Positions 22,999-34,059 of a DNA stretch of 64,000 bases are shown here, piece by piece (the stretch's first letter is position 1; each line of letters begins with the position of its first letter). The stretch covers positions 144,026,001-144,090,000 of the forward strand of contig NC_091984.1 in NCBI RefSeq assembly GCF_044704955.1, in the 5' to 3' direction. The notes under the pieces were generated by a model. That model did not search any database. It saw nothing but the letters and a program-made list of their open reading frames with translations, and was not told the origin of the DNA. The translations under genes and the position numbers were made by a program. The DNA is from Pristiophorus japonicus. Taxonomy: Eukaryota.

Positions 22999-24620
22999 AT
23001 GGAGGATAGGATTTCCTCCGACGTGTTCAATAAGATTAACGTGTCTCAGCCATGGGTGCTGGCGATGCTGTGCTCTGAGAATCCCCAGGATAGGGATGCA
23101 GAGTGGACAGGTAGCAGGGATCACAGCAAATCAAAGGAAAAAGTGATTTGGCTCCTGTGTCTGCAGAAGCAAGTTCAACTGTTCAGGAAGCAGGTTGAAA
23201 AGCTCGGGAATGAGCTTAAAGGGTCTGAGGATAGGTCACACATGAGGGAGATAGTCGGGAGCAGAGTATTAGAGGAACTGCACGGGGAAAGGCAAAAAGA
23301 CGTGAGCAAGAGGAGACCTCCCGTAACATGGTGGAATACCCACAGTGTCAGGTTACAGAGGCCAAGGTAAATGAGCAGGCCCTACGGGAGGAGAATGTGA
23401 GGCTAATAGCGAAAGCTGGCAGCTTGGAGGGTCAGCTAAGGGATATAAAGATAGTTTATAAAGTAGCCAGGAGTAGAGGCTATGAGGAAACAGATCACGG
23501 ATCCTGTAAGGAAAGGATCCAAAAATTGAGCCAAGCCTTGTCTGGAGCCAGAGGTTTGGCCTGTTTAATGTCACCGGGGGAAACCGGGGTAGACTGGGAC
23601 AAGGAGGGTCAGGAGCCTGATGATAGGGCTCAGGATAGGGAAGTCCGACCGTTGCCGGAAGTACCACCGACACCAATGTGTCCTCTGCGGCAGCAGAAGT
23701 TTGGTCCACCCACACCAAACGGTGAGCAGGACCCACTGCAGAGCGATTACGTGGTCCCGATCACAACCCCTCAGCTGCAAGTCACGCTAGCAGGGACCCC
23801 TCAGTTCACTTTATGGAAGTAGAACAGGTAGGGGGGGGTCAACGGATGTAGTGAGGGCGAGATCAACAGGCTGATTCTGTCCTCCCTTGATTGGAGATTG
23901 TATCAGGGCTTATCCGCACCCACAAAGTGAGTAGAAGGCACCATAGAGGGGCTGAAAGACGAGACCCTGAGGGCCATGGGGCATACCCAGGGGAGCCTGT
24001 TCTTACAGGTAGAACGGTTGAGACAGCTGGCCGGCGAGGCACTAGATGCATTCGCGGACAGGTGATGGCCTGTGTACGTAAAGTCAACTGGAGGGACGCT
24101 CGACTGCACGCAGTTGATAGGGACCCCAGGAATCACTGGCTCAGGGTCCTTGTGGCCAACAGCTTGCCAAGAATCAGGGCCAGAGCAGCAGCGTAGTTTG
24201 ACCCCAAGAACCTCGCCAATATGGAGACAGGCATGCTCAGAAAGCTGAGTCCAGCCTTTAAGGCCGATTCCGGGAAAGAGGTCAAATCAAATGGAAGGAT
24301 CCACGAAATGAAAGCCAGTGAGGGTAATAGGAAGGAATGGCGACAGGAAGGGGTTAGTACCGACAAGTCCAGGACTTGTTTCGGGTGTGGGAAGCCGGGA
24401 CACTGGAGGCGAGGCTGCCCATTCCCAAAAGGGGAAGGGGGCCAGACCGAGGGGGTCCTCCAGTGCAAAAGCCGCGTGTTACAGAGGGGGAGGGGACGAC
24501 CGACGAGTCATTCGAGTTTCTGGTGGCTGCCCGACGGAAGGTTATGGGAAGAACAGAGACAAGTTAGATGCTGCTGTGAGCAGGGAAATGCCCATCACAC
24601 CCACATGCCCCCCACCCTGA
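22999..24620 (+). pseudogene. gag: gag of element 2
   Basis: MEDRISS...KEKVIWLLCLQKQ is homologous to element 1 gag. Contains PMCPLRQQKFGPP and CFGCGKPGHWRRGC. Frameshifted; ends at TGA 24618-24620. Confidence 0.85.
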
Positions 24621-27600
24621 CGAGAACCCGCCCAGCCTGAGTACCTGTGTCCACTCACGTACACTGAGTGGGGCAGTCTCTGGGTAAAGATGTGGATGGA
24701 GATGGAGCAGGGGAAATATTTGGTGAGCACCGGGGCTTCCAGCACGGTGGACCATTCAACAAACCCGACCAATTCACCCTGGTCTAGCAGGGTCCCATTC
24801 AGCCTCGTGGGGTTCATGGGGAATGAGCAGGCTGGGGCAATCTCAAAACCCCTGGCCACAGAACTAGGATCTCTCCATAGCACGTGGGAGTGTGTCCTGA
24901 TGCAATGGGAACCGTCCGGATCGGGAGTCCTTGGGGCTGACTTTATTTTGGCCCACCGAGTGATTGTGGTTTTAAGGAATCACTGCCTATGGGGGGCAGT
25001 GGGTTCAGATAAAGCCGGAGGTGACAGTGATCCCAAGAGATGGGGAAGGAAGGGGTAGTGTGGTAGTATGGAGCCCAAGGGGAATTACGGCCTAGAGCAG
25101 CTGGTCTGTAATACCCCGGCCAACTATCCGGCGAACGTGTGGGACAACCTCGCCTCGTTCACCACTCACCAACACGACTGTGGCAGGGTGACGGGGTAGA
25201 AGTCAGGGTACAAGGGGACCCCATGTCACGACCACAGAAACAGTACAGCTTCCCCAGAGAGGCAGAAGCCGACTTGGAGACGGCACTGGGATCCCTGGTG
25301 GAACAGGAGGTGTTGAGGCCGATAGCCAGCCAGGTAAACTCACCACTTTGGCCGGTTACGTAGCCCGACCAGTCGTGGAGAACCACCGTGGACTATTGGG
25401 TGCTCAATAAAAATATCCCAGCCTGCTCCCACAGTCGCGGCTGTTGCTGACCTCAGAGGGAGCATTCCAGCGGCCGCAACCACTGTCACAGTGCTGGATA
25501 TCTTCATTGGGTTCTGCTCCATTCTCCTTAAACGGGAAGACCTGTACAAGTTTACCTTTACATTTAAAGGGAAGCAGTACACCTGGACATGCCTTCCCCA
25601 GGGGTCCCACAACAGCCCCTCCATATTCCACCAGTGTATGGCAGATGCACTCAAAGGCTTCAGCCGACCCCAGCAGCTAATCCAGTATGTGGACGACTTG
25701 CTTTTGTTCTCCGTGGAGCGGGAGGAGCACAGGCCACTGCTGGATGAGCTGTTGAGGCTGTTGCGGGAGACAGGGTTTAAAGTGAACCCAAAGAAAGCCA
25801 GATCGGCCGGGAGGAAGTCAAATCCCTCGGGCTGACCGTAAGGGCTGGTGAGCGAGCGATCGATGAGGCAAAGAGGAAGGCAGTACAGGAGTTACCCGCC
25901 CCCAAGGATGTAACCGGGGTAAGATCCTTCCTGGGACTGACAGGGTAATGCCGGGACTTTATAGAGGGGTACGTCGCCACGGCAGCCCCTCTGCTTCGGC
26001 TCCTCCGCAAGGGAGTCGGGTGGGAGTGGGACCAGAACTGTCAGGAAACGTTCAGCCGCCTCAAGGAGAATTTACAGATGGCGCCCGCACTGGGAGCCAT
26101 TAACAGGATTGAGGAATTCTTTCTGGAGGTAGCAGCCAGCGGGGACAGCTTGAGCGCGGTGTTGCTCCAGGAGCGGAACGGCAAGCTCGACCCGTGGTCT
26201 ACTCCTCAAGGGTTCTCACTGAAGTAGAACAGGGATACTCTAACTGTGAGAGGCATCTCCTAGCCACGCACTGGGCCGTAAAGTGCTCCCAACTCTTTAC
26301 AGGATCATCCCTGATCGTTCTACTGACCCAACACACCCCCAGCCAGATGTTGTTAGACGGGAGGATAAAGGATAGGACAGTAAGCCGTGCCTGCATTGCC
26401 CGCTGGACTTTATTGCTCTCGCAGATGAATCTGAGAGTGCAGAGGTTGACCGAGCCAAAGCTGGCTGTGAATTTCATCTACCCAGGGACGGCCCATGCAT
26501 GTACTGTGGAAGAGGTGTGGGACGTAGATGTGGGATTCCGGGCCAGGATACACCCGACAGGCCGGGAGATCTACGTAGACGGGTCCAGTTCGGAGGTGAA
26601 TGGGAAGCGTCTCACTGGGTGTGGGATTTATGACCCCACAGCTAAGGTAGCGAGAGCCATTAAACTCCCCAGCACCCTGAGCGCTCAGCACGTCAAACTG
26701 TCGGCGGTGGAGTACGTGGTTATCCATCCCATCGAGTTCCCCACCCCCTATACCATCTGTTGGGATTCCATGTTCACCTGTAATTCGTGCAATGAGTACT
26801 TGGCCATCTGGGCCTGGCGCGACTTCAAGTCTGTAGACGGGAAGCTCCTAGCAACAGCACCGTTGCTAGGGGGAATGTTGGAGGTTACGGGCACCCGGGG
26901 AGATTACTACACACACAAGGTTAAAGCCCAATTCAAAGACAGAGCCCAAGGAGGAGGACAACCAAAGGGCAGACGAGCTGGCCAATCAGGGAGCCAGGGA
27001 AGGGGTATTCTGGGTTCCGTACAGAGCAGGTCCAGTAGCAGCAATCCGGGACAAGGGAGGCACACAGCGGGTAGCTTTGGCCCCGCACTTAAAGCAAGTC
27101 CAAGCACAGTATCCCATCCTTGTACAAAGGGGGAACGGCAAACCGGTAGAGGGTCCCAACAAGTATGGCTTAGTCCTGGTGGACGGATTCTCCCAGTGGG
27201 TGAAGGCCTTCCCATGCCGAGCAGCCACGGCACTAGCAACAGCAAGGATCCTGGTGAGGGAAGTGTTCTCCCGATGGGGACTGCCACAGGTCGTGGAGTC
27301 TGACCAAGGGAGCCATTTCACGGGTCAGGTGATGCAGGCCACCTTCAAACATCTGGGAATACAAGGGAAGTGGCATGTGGCTCACAACCCCCAATCATTG
27401 GGGATTGTGGAGCACATGGACCGGACACTGAAAGAAAGACTGAGGAAGGAGATAGTGCCGTTCCCAAAGAGATGGGACGAGGTCCTGCCATTGGCATTAA
27501 TGGGTGTCCGGGCCAGCCCCTCCAGAAGCACAGGGTACTCCCCACATGAGGTCATCACCGGGAGGGTTATGTGCACCCAACCCATGTGTTGGTGCCGGTC

Positions 27601-28138
27601 CTCACAGAAGCTCAGGTCAGGGAGGTAAACTGGGACAGGTTTGTCCAGAATCTGTTTGAGGTTTTAAAACAGATTCACTGGCAGGCAGCCAGTAACCTGG
27701 GGAACCAGCACCGGGAAACATCGGTTGCTGCTCGAGCCCCGGAGAAGCCACGAGTGGAAAGTGGGAGACCAGGTAATGTTCAGGAACTGTGCCCGAGTGG
27801 GGGCATTCGAGCCACTGTACATGGGGCCTTATAACATCGTAGATAAGGCCAGCTCCATGGTATATGCAGTCAGACTCCGGAAACGCACAAAATGCTGTCA
27901 CATCAACCAGTGTAAGTTGTTTAACCCCGAGGGGGGGAAGACAAAGGCAAAGAGAAACCAGGGCATGATAATGAGCCTGGTGGACACGGGTCTTCCTCCC
28001 GTGGTGTGGGACGATGATGATGACCCAGAGGGCGGGGCAGTAAGGAGAAACAGTCAGATACCACGGCATAGGGCGCCGTGGACGCCTCCTTACTCACGGG
28101 CCATGAGCCGCAAGAGGCCCCAACAGGAGAGATTTTAA
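24621..28138 (+). pseudogene. pol: pro-pol of element 2, disrupted; integrase HHCC domain deleted
   Basis: YLVSTGAS (mutated protease site), QYVDDLLL, tether RNase H YSNCERHLLA, RNase H IYVDGSS...WDSMF...HKVKA, integrase [10 protein letters not shown] and FEPLYMGPY. Confidence 0.9.
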
Positions 28139-28383
28139 CCGGGGGCACTCGATAACGCAGAACGAACGGTATATATATGTAAATAACGAAAGCCCGACCT
28201 GTGGAGGGAAAAAGCGCTCACTCACAGGTGGTGCTGTATCTTTTTGTCTTAATCAGGAAATCAGAAGAAACAGGAGCCCGGGTGTAATTGATCAGTAATG
28301 GACCCACAATGCACCTCCCGCAGCAGAAGACGACGGAATTCGAGATATTTCTGGTTTTGGTGACAAAATATCATCAGGGGGAT

Positions 28384-29483
28384 TGTAGCACCAGCTTTCT
28401 GGCCATTTCTATCAACAAAACTTTAAACCCTTAAATCCAAATCCCCAAGAAAGAACTGTCCTGTTTGGCGAGCTTGTGGGGATGGCACTGAGGTGCATTC
28501 ATATACAACCGGACATTTCACACTGACAGGCTGGGTGGCAGGGAACCCAGGCCCATTGATGTCATCACCATCTAAAGTGATTCCTGGGAACAATATCCCG
28601 AGAGGTAACTCAGAGACACTGTACCTTTGCATTGTTAAAGCACAGTCACCACTCAGTCCCAACCCAAACTGGTGCAGGACAGGAAATGGCCGGCCCATTG
28701 TCTTCCAGGAGATAAGCCGGTTAAGTAAGATCGGTTTGTGATCGAAACCCATTACCTGATAATGGGGGCCATCAACTCAGGAAACGACAGACATCCAGTA
28801 ATCAGCACCCATTGTCTCTCCAGACACAAGGCCTGGGAGCGGGAAAACAAAATATCATCTTTCACAAAGATTTCAAAGGCTATGAGGGGTGGGGAGATTG
28901 TCCAGACAGATTACCGGAGTCAATCCATCGGTCAGTATTGGCGGGAGGAAAGGTGATGGGTTTTGGGGATATAAGGAGCCACTTTGCAACAAGCTCCAGT
29001 TCAGGAGGAAGAAAGCTCCGGAAAAAGCCCAGGACAAAGCTCAGGAAAACCCAGGAAAAATCCCAGGAAAAAGCTCAGGAGCGAGACGTTCAGGAAGAAG
29101 CTGCAAGCAAGACAACGTGCAATCAGGGTGAGCATATTGCCTGCACCTACACATCCACAAGACCACTTAGCTGTGTGAGGGGGTGATTGTAAGTCCCAAC
29201 CAAACCCAAGGGGTTTAGTGCTGGGGGGGTCCTGTGTTAGTTTATTTCACGGGAGGGTTCATTTATTAAGCCGTGGTAACTTAGCATGGCAGGGCTAATT
29301 GGACAAGCCAGGGTTGTACTGTTTTGCACTGTTTATGAGTGGTGTTGTTAATCTTATTGAACACAAAACGGTTGAGCCCGAAAAATGTATGTCCGAGTCT
29401 GATCTGTCCATATAATCCCAATCGTCCAGAACTTGTAGTAGGAAGTGCGTTTTCGTTACGCCCGAGAAAACCACCGACAGACA
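28384..29483 (+). repeat. 3' LTR of element 2
   Basis: Starts TGTAGCACC after the PPT and ends CCGACAGACA. Confidence 0.9.
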
Positions 29484-30885
29484 CCTCCTCAGTACTGCCC
29501 CTCCAACAGTGCTGTGCTCCCTCAGTACTGCCCCTCCGACAGTGCGGCATTCCCTCAGTACTGTGCCTCTGACGGTGCTGCACTCCCTCAGTACTGCCCC
29601 TCCGACAGTGCGGCATTCCCTCAGTACTGTGCCTCTGACAGTGCTGCACTCCCTCAGTGCTGCCTCTTCACCAGTGCGGTACTCTCTCAGAACTGCCCCT
29701 CCAAAAGTGCAGTACTCCCTTACTACTATCCCTCCGACAATCCAGCACTCCCTCAGTACTGCCCCTCCGACAGTGCGGCACTCCCTCAGTACTGCCCCTC
29801 CGACAGTGCGGCACTCCCTCAGTACTGCCCTTCCAACAGTGCAGCACTCCCTCAGTACTGCCCCTCCGACAGTGCGGCATTCCCTCAGTACTGTGCCTCT
29901 GACGGTGCTGCACTCCCTCAGTACTGCCCCTCCGACAGTGCGGCATTCCCTCAGTACTGTGTCTCTGACAGTGCTGCACTCCCTCAGTGCTGCCTCTTCA
30001 CCAGTGCGGTACTCTCTCAGAACTGCCCCTCCAAAAGTGCAGTACTCCCTTACTACTATCCCTCCGACAATCCAGCACTCCCTCAGTACTGCCCCTCCGA
30101 CAGTGCGGCACTCCCTCAGTACTGCCCCTCCGACAGTGCGGCACTCCCTCAGTACTGCCCTTCCAACAGTGCAGCACTCCCTCAGTACTGCCCCTCCGAC
30201 AGTGCGGCATTCCCTCAGTACTGTGCCTCTGACGGTGCTGCACTCCCTCAGTACTGCCCCTCCGACAGTGCGGCATTCCCTCAGTACTGTGCCTCTGACA
30301 GTGCTGCACTCCCTCAGTGCTGCCTCTTCGCCAGTGCGGTACTCTCTCAGAACTGCCCCTCCAAAAGTGCAGTACTCCCTTACTACTATCCCTCCGACAG
30401 TGCAGCACTCGCTCAGTCCTGCCCCTCCAACAGTGCAGCACTCCCTCAATACTGCCCCTCCGCCACTGCGGTACTGTCTCAGCACTGCCCTTTGATCAGT
30501 GCAGCTATCCCATAGTATTACCCCTCCGACAGTGCAGCACTCGCTCAGTACTGCCCCTCCGACAGTGCAGCGCTCCCTCAGTACTGCCCTCCGGCAGTGC
30601 AGCACTCGCTCAGTACTGCCATTCCGACAGTGCAGCAGTTACTCACAACTGCCCCTCCAACAGTGCGGCACTCCATCAATACTGCCCCTCTGGCAGTGCA
30701 GCACTCCCTCAGTACTACCCCTCTGACAGTGCAGCACTCCCTCAGTACTGCCCATCTGACAGTACGACACTCCCTCAGTACTGCCCCTCTGACAGTGTGG
30801 TACTCCCTCAGTACTGCCCCTCTGACAGTGCAGCACTCCCTCAGTACTGCCCCTCTGACAGTGCAGCACTCCTTCAGGACTGCAC
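29484..30885. repeat. 33-bp satellite with a 330-bp (10-mer) higher-order repeat
   Basis: Unit CTCCCTCAGTACTGCCCCTCCGACAGTGCGGCA. The same variant pattern recurs at 29657, 29987 and 30317. Confidence 0.95.
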
Positions 30886-32313
30886 AGCAGTGTATGTCTT
30901 TATTTTACACTCAGGCCCCTGGAGTAGGGCTTGAACCCACGATACAACATTGCATCACTGGATGCCGCACAGTCTGAGCTGTGAGTCATATCCCGACCTC
31001 AGTTGGAACAGCTAACTCAGAACAAACAACAGCAACTTTTATACAGCACCTTTAACACAGTAAAACTTCCCGAGCGCTTCACAGGAGCGTTATAGAATAA
31101 AGATTGACAGCGAGCCACGTAGGGAGACATTGAAAATTGCAGCTCAGTCAAATTGTGAGGGAAATTGGCAGTGCTGCCTTCATAACAAAAGGGGGCGATG
31201 TTGGTTCTGAAAAGACCAAATTTTTGGACAATTTCTGTGTAACTCAATTGATTGGTTTGTAAAACCCGTTTGTTCCAAACCTCCAGTCAGGTTTGCAGAA
31301 TCATTTCCAGTTCCCCACGTGTCATTTGATGGTGGATCTCAGCGTGTATCTCCTCGTCCGCTCGTGAGGCGGTGTCTCAGACCGATTGGCAGGTCAGCAG
31401 CCACTCCGCACTGCAGCGAGCATCGGCAGGTCATTCCACTGTGGAAGGCCTCACCGCAGAGCTCGGTGCACAGGGTATATCCACACAGAGACGCTCAGCC
31501 GCCAGGTACAGCAGCAACAACCTGCATTGCTACAGCAACTGGAACATTAGAACAACATCCCGAGGCAGCTGACAGAGGCATAATCTGGTCAAAGTGGTGC
31601 TGAGCCAAAGGGGGAGAGGCTGGGAGGGGGATCAAAACCCTCAGTCACAGATTGGGTTTGAAGGGAGGTCTTAAAAGAGGAGAGGGGTGGAGTGGCAGAG
31701 AGGTTTAGGGAGCAGGGAGTTAGGGCCCAGGCAGCTGAAGGCATGGCCCCCAATGGAGGGGGAAGGGAAGGGGGGAATGGATAAGAAGCCTGAGACAGAT
31801 ACAGCGGCCCCTGAACACAACAACAACTTGCATTTATATAGCGAGTGTTGTGACAATGACAGACAGTGAGAATATAACCCAGATAATGTAACACAGTATT
31901 TGCAGCACTTGACACTGTGGGGAAAGCTTGCAATTTTAAATCCATGAGGTGTATATAAGCGAGAGCAGGACCTGTTTGTGGCCGGTGCGGAGATCACCAC
32001 TTACAGAAGGTAGTTACTGCAGGGAATTCAGGGCCACAGTGACCTCCTGGACTAGTTTCCATCGCCCGGGGGGAGAGCGGGGGCAGTCGGAGAGGAGTTT
32101 CCCAGATTTATTTCCCCCAATGGGTTTTTTACCTGGTTTTTCGCCTCTCCCAGGAGATCAGGTAGTTTTGGGTGGGGTGGAGAGTCTATACTGTGATACA
32201 CAAGGTATCACAATTGTGTGGGACGGGCTGGATGGACCACAGGGTCTTTACCTGTCCGTCACTGTCCGTGGGTTTGGGTTTCAAAAATTTAGAGCTGAAT
32301 TGGAAAGAAAGAC

Positions 32314-33928
32314 TTGCATTTGTATAGCGCCTTTCACCACCTCAGGACGTCCGAAAGCGCTTTACAGCCAATGAAGTACTTTTGAAGTGTGGCGACTGCA
32401 GTAATGGAGGAGACACGACAGACAATTTGTGCACAGCAAGCTCCCACATGTGTATGAACAGATAATGGGCCCAAATTGCATATCGCCCCGGTTGGGGCAG
32501 TAACTTTTCCCATGCCCAAATTGCGCCCCGGAATCGAAATTGGGGTCACGGCCCCTGACAGGTAGTGAAGCGCTGAACTTCCCCTGGGGTTAGGCTCGGA
32601 GCGGGCGAGTGTCAGGCTGCATCATCGCGGCAGCGACCCTGTCACATCAGCACAGAAAGGCCCGACCGGTCAGTCGGCAAAAACAAATGGCGAGGCACGG
32701 CGGCGCATACCTCCCGGCAAGTTTCACCCCGCGAGTGAAGTGCGGCCTGGTTCGTGACCCACAGGCCTGGCGCAGACACGGCTCACGGGGAGCGGACTCA
32801 GCTCACGGGGAGCGGACACAGCTCACGGGGCACGGACTCGGCTCACGGGGAGCGGACACGGCTCACGGGGAGTGGACAAGGCTCACGGGGAGCGGACACA
32901 TTCACGGGCGTGGATACGGGGAGCGGACACGGCTCATGGGGAGTGGACAAGGCTCACGGGGAACGGACACAGCTCACGGGGAACGGACACAGCTCACGGG
33001 GAGCGGACACAGCTCACGGGGAGTGGACCCGGCTCACGGGAAGCGGACACGTTCACGGGCGTGGATACGGGGAGCGGGTAGCGGACACGGCTCACGGGCG
33101 CAGACACAGCTCACGGGGAGCGGACACTGCTCACGGGGCGTGGACACGGCTCACGGGGCAGAGACTCGGCTCACGGGGAGCGGACACGGCTCACGGGGCA
33201 CGGACTCGGCTCACGGGGAGTGGACACGGCTCACGGGGCATGGACTCGGCTCACGGGGAGCGGACACGGCTCACAGGGAACGGACATGGCTCAGGGGGAA
33301 CGGACACGGCTCACGGGGAACGGACATGGCTCAGGGGGAACGGACATAGCTCAGGGGGAACGGACACTGCTCACGGGGAACGGACACTGCTCACGGGGAA
33401 CGGACACAGCTCACGGGGAACGGACACAGCTCACGGGGAACGGACACGGCTCAGGGGGAACGGACTCGGCCCATGGGGAGCGGACGCGGCTCACGGGCGC
33501 AGCCACGGCTCAGTGGGCGCTATCCATTTCACCCCCTGCACCACCCCACTTCCCGGGGAAGACAATGTCACACCCCGTCAGCGCCCCCCGGAGGCACTAA
33601 ATGCAGACACACAGAGGGGAAATTTCGTAAACCAATCTGTTTTTGTGATGTTGATTGAGGGATAAATATTGGCCAGGACACCGGGGAGAACTCCCCTGCT
33701 CTTCTTCAAAATAGTGGCATGGGATCATTAACACCCACCTGAGAGAGCAGACAGGGTCTCGGTTTAATCTCTCGCCTGAAAGACGGCCCCTCCGACAGTA
33801 CGGCACTCCCTCAGTACTGCACCGGAACTGTCAGTCTCAATTTTGGAGCTTAGTCTCTGGAGTGGAACTTAAACCCACAACCTTCCGACTACAGAGGCAA
33901 GTGTGGTGCCCATTGAGTCACAGCTGAC
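32314..33928 (-). mobile_element. tRNA-derived SINE split by a 1.17-kb insertion (32467-33633)
   Basis: The 3' part (32314-32466) and the 5' part (33634-33928, B-box-like head) together match the intact copy at 42523-42941. Confidence 0.75.
32777..33510. repeat. 20-bp GC-rich tandem repeat (GCTCACGGGGAGCGGACACG)n
   Basis: Direct periodicity; produces spurious repetitive ORFs in all three plus frames. Confidence 0.95.
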
Positions 33929-34059
33929 TGGTCCATCCACAGAGTTCGCCCTCAGTGGGGTGAACAAATCCAGAAATTATGGTCTGAATGATGTAGGCTA
34001 GGCCGTTACTTGCTTTTCTATAGTTTTAAGTTTATTTCTGCTAAGTTAGTTCTTTGACT

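Larger units (their letters stand above)
21843..29483 (+). mobile_element. Endogenous retrovirus-like element 2 with two ~1.1-kb LTRs and no env
   Basis: LTRs at 21843-22943 and 28384-29483 (TG...CA on the 3' copy). PBS 22945-22962; short PPT AGGGGGA at 28376-28382; gag, pro, RT (LPQGSHNSP, YVDD), two RNase H domains and integrase. Confidence 0.93.

Noticed and set aside
29484-30885. CRISPR-like or RSS-array appearance (GACAGTG in each unit)
   Set aside because: Units are contiguous with no unique spacers, the context is eukaryotic, the heptamer lacks the essential CAC and there are no nonamers.
29295-30977. Long ORFs of 205-436 aa on both strands
   Set aside because: They are translations of a stop-free 33-bp satellite, with no evidence of being genes.
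32609-33665. 246-aa and 303-aa Gly/Thr/His-rich ORFs
   Set aside because: Artefacts of the 20-bp tandem repeat.
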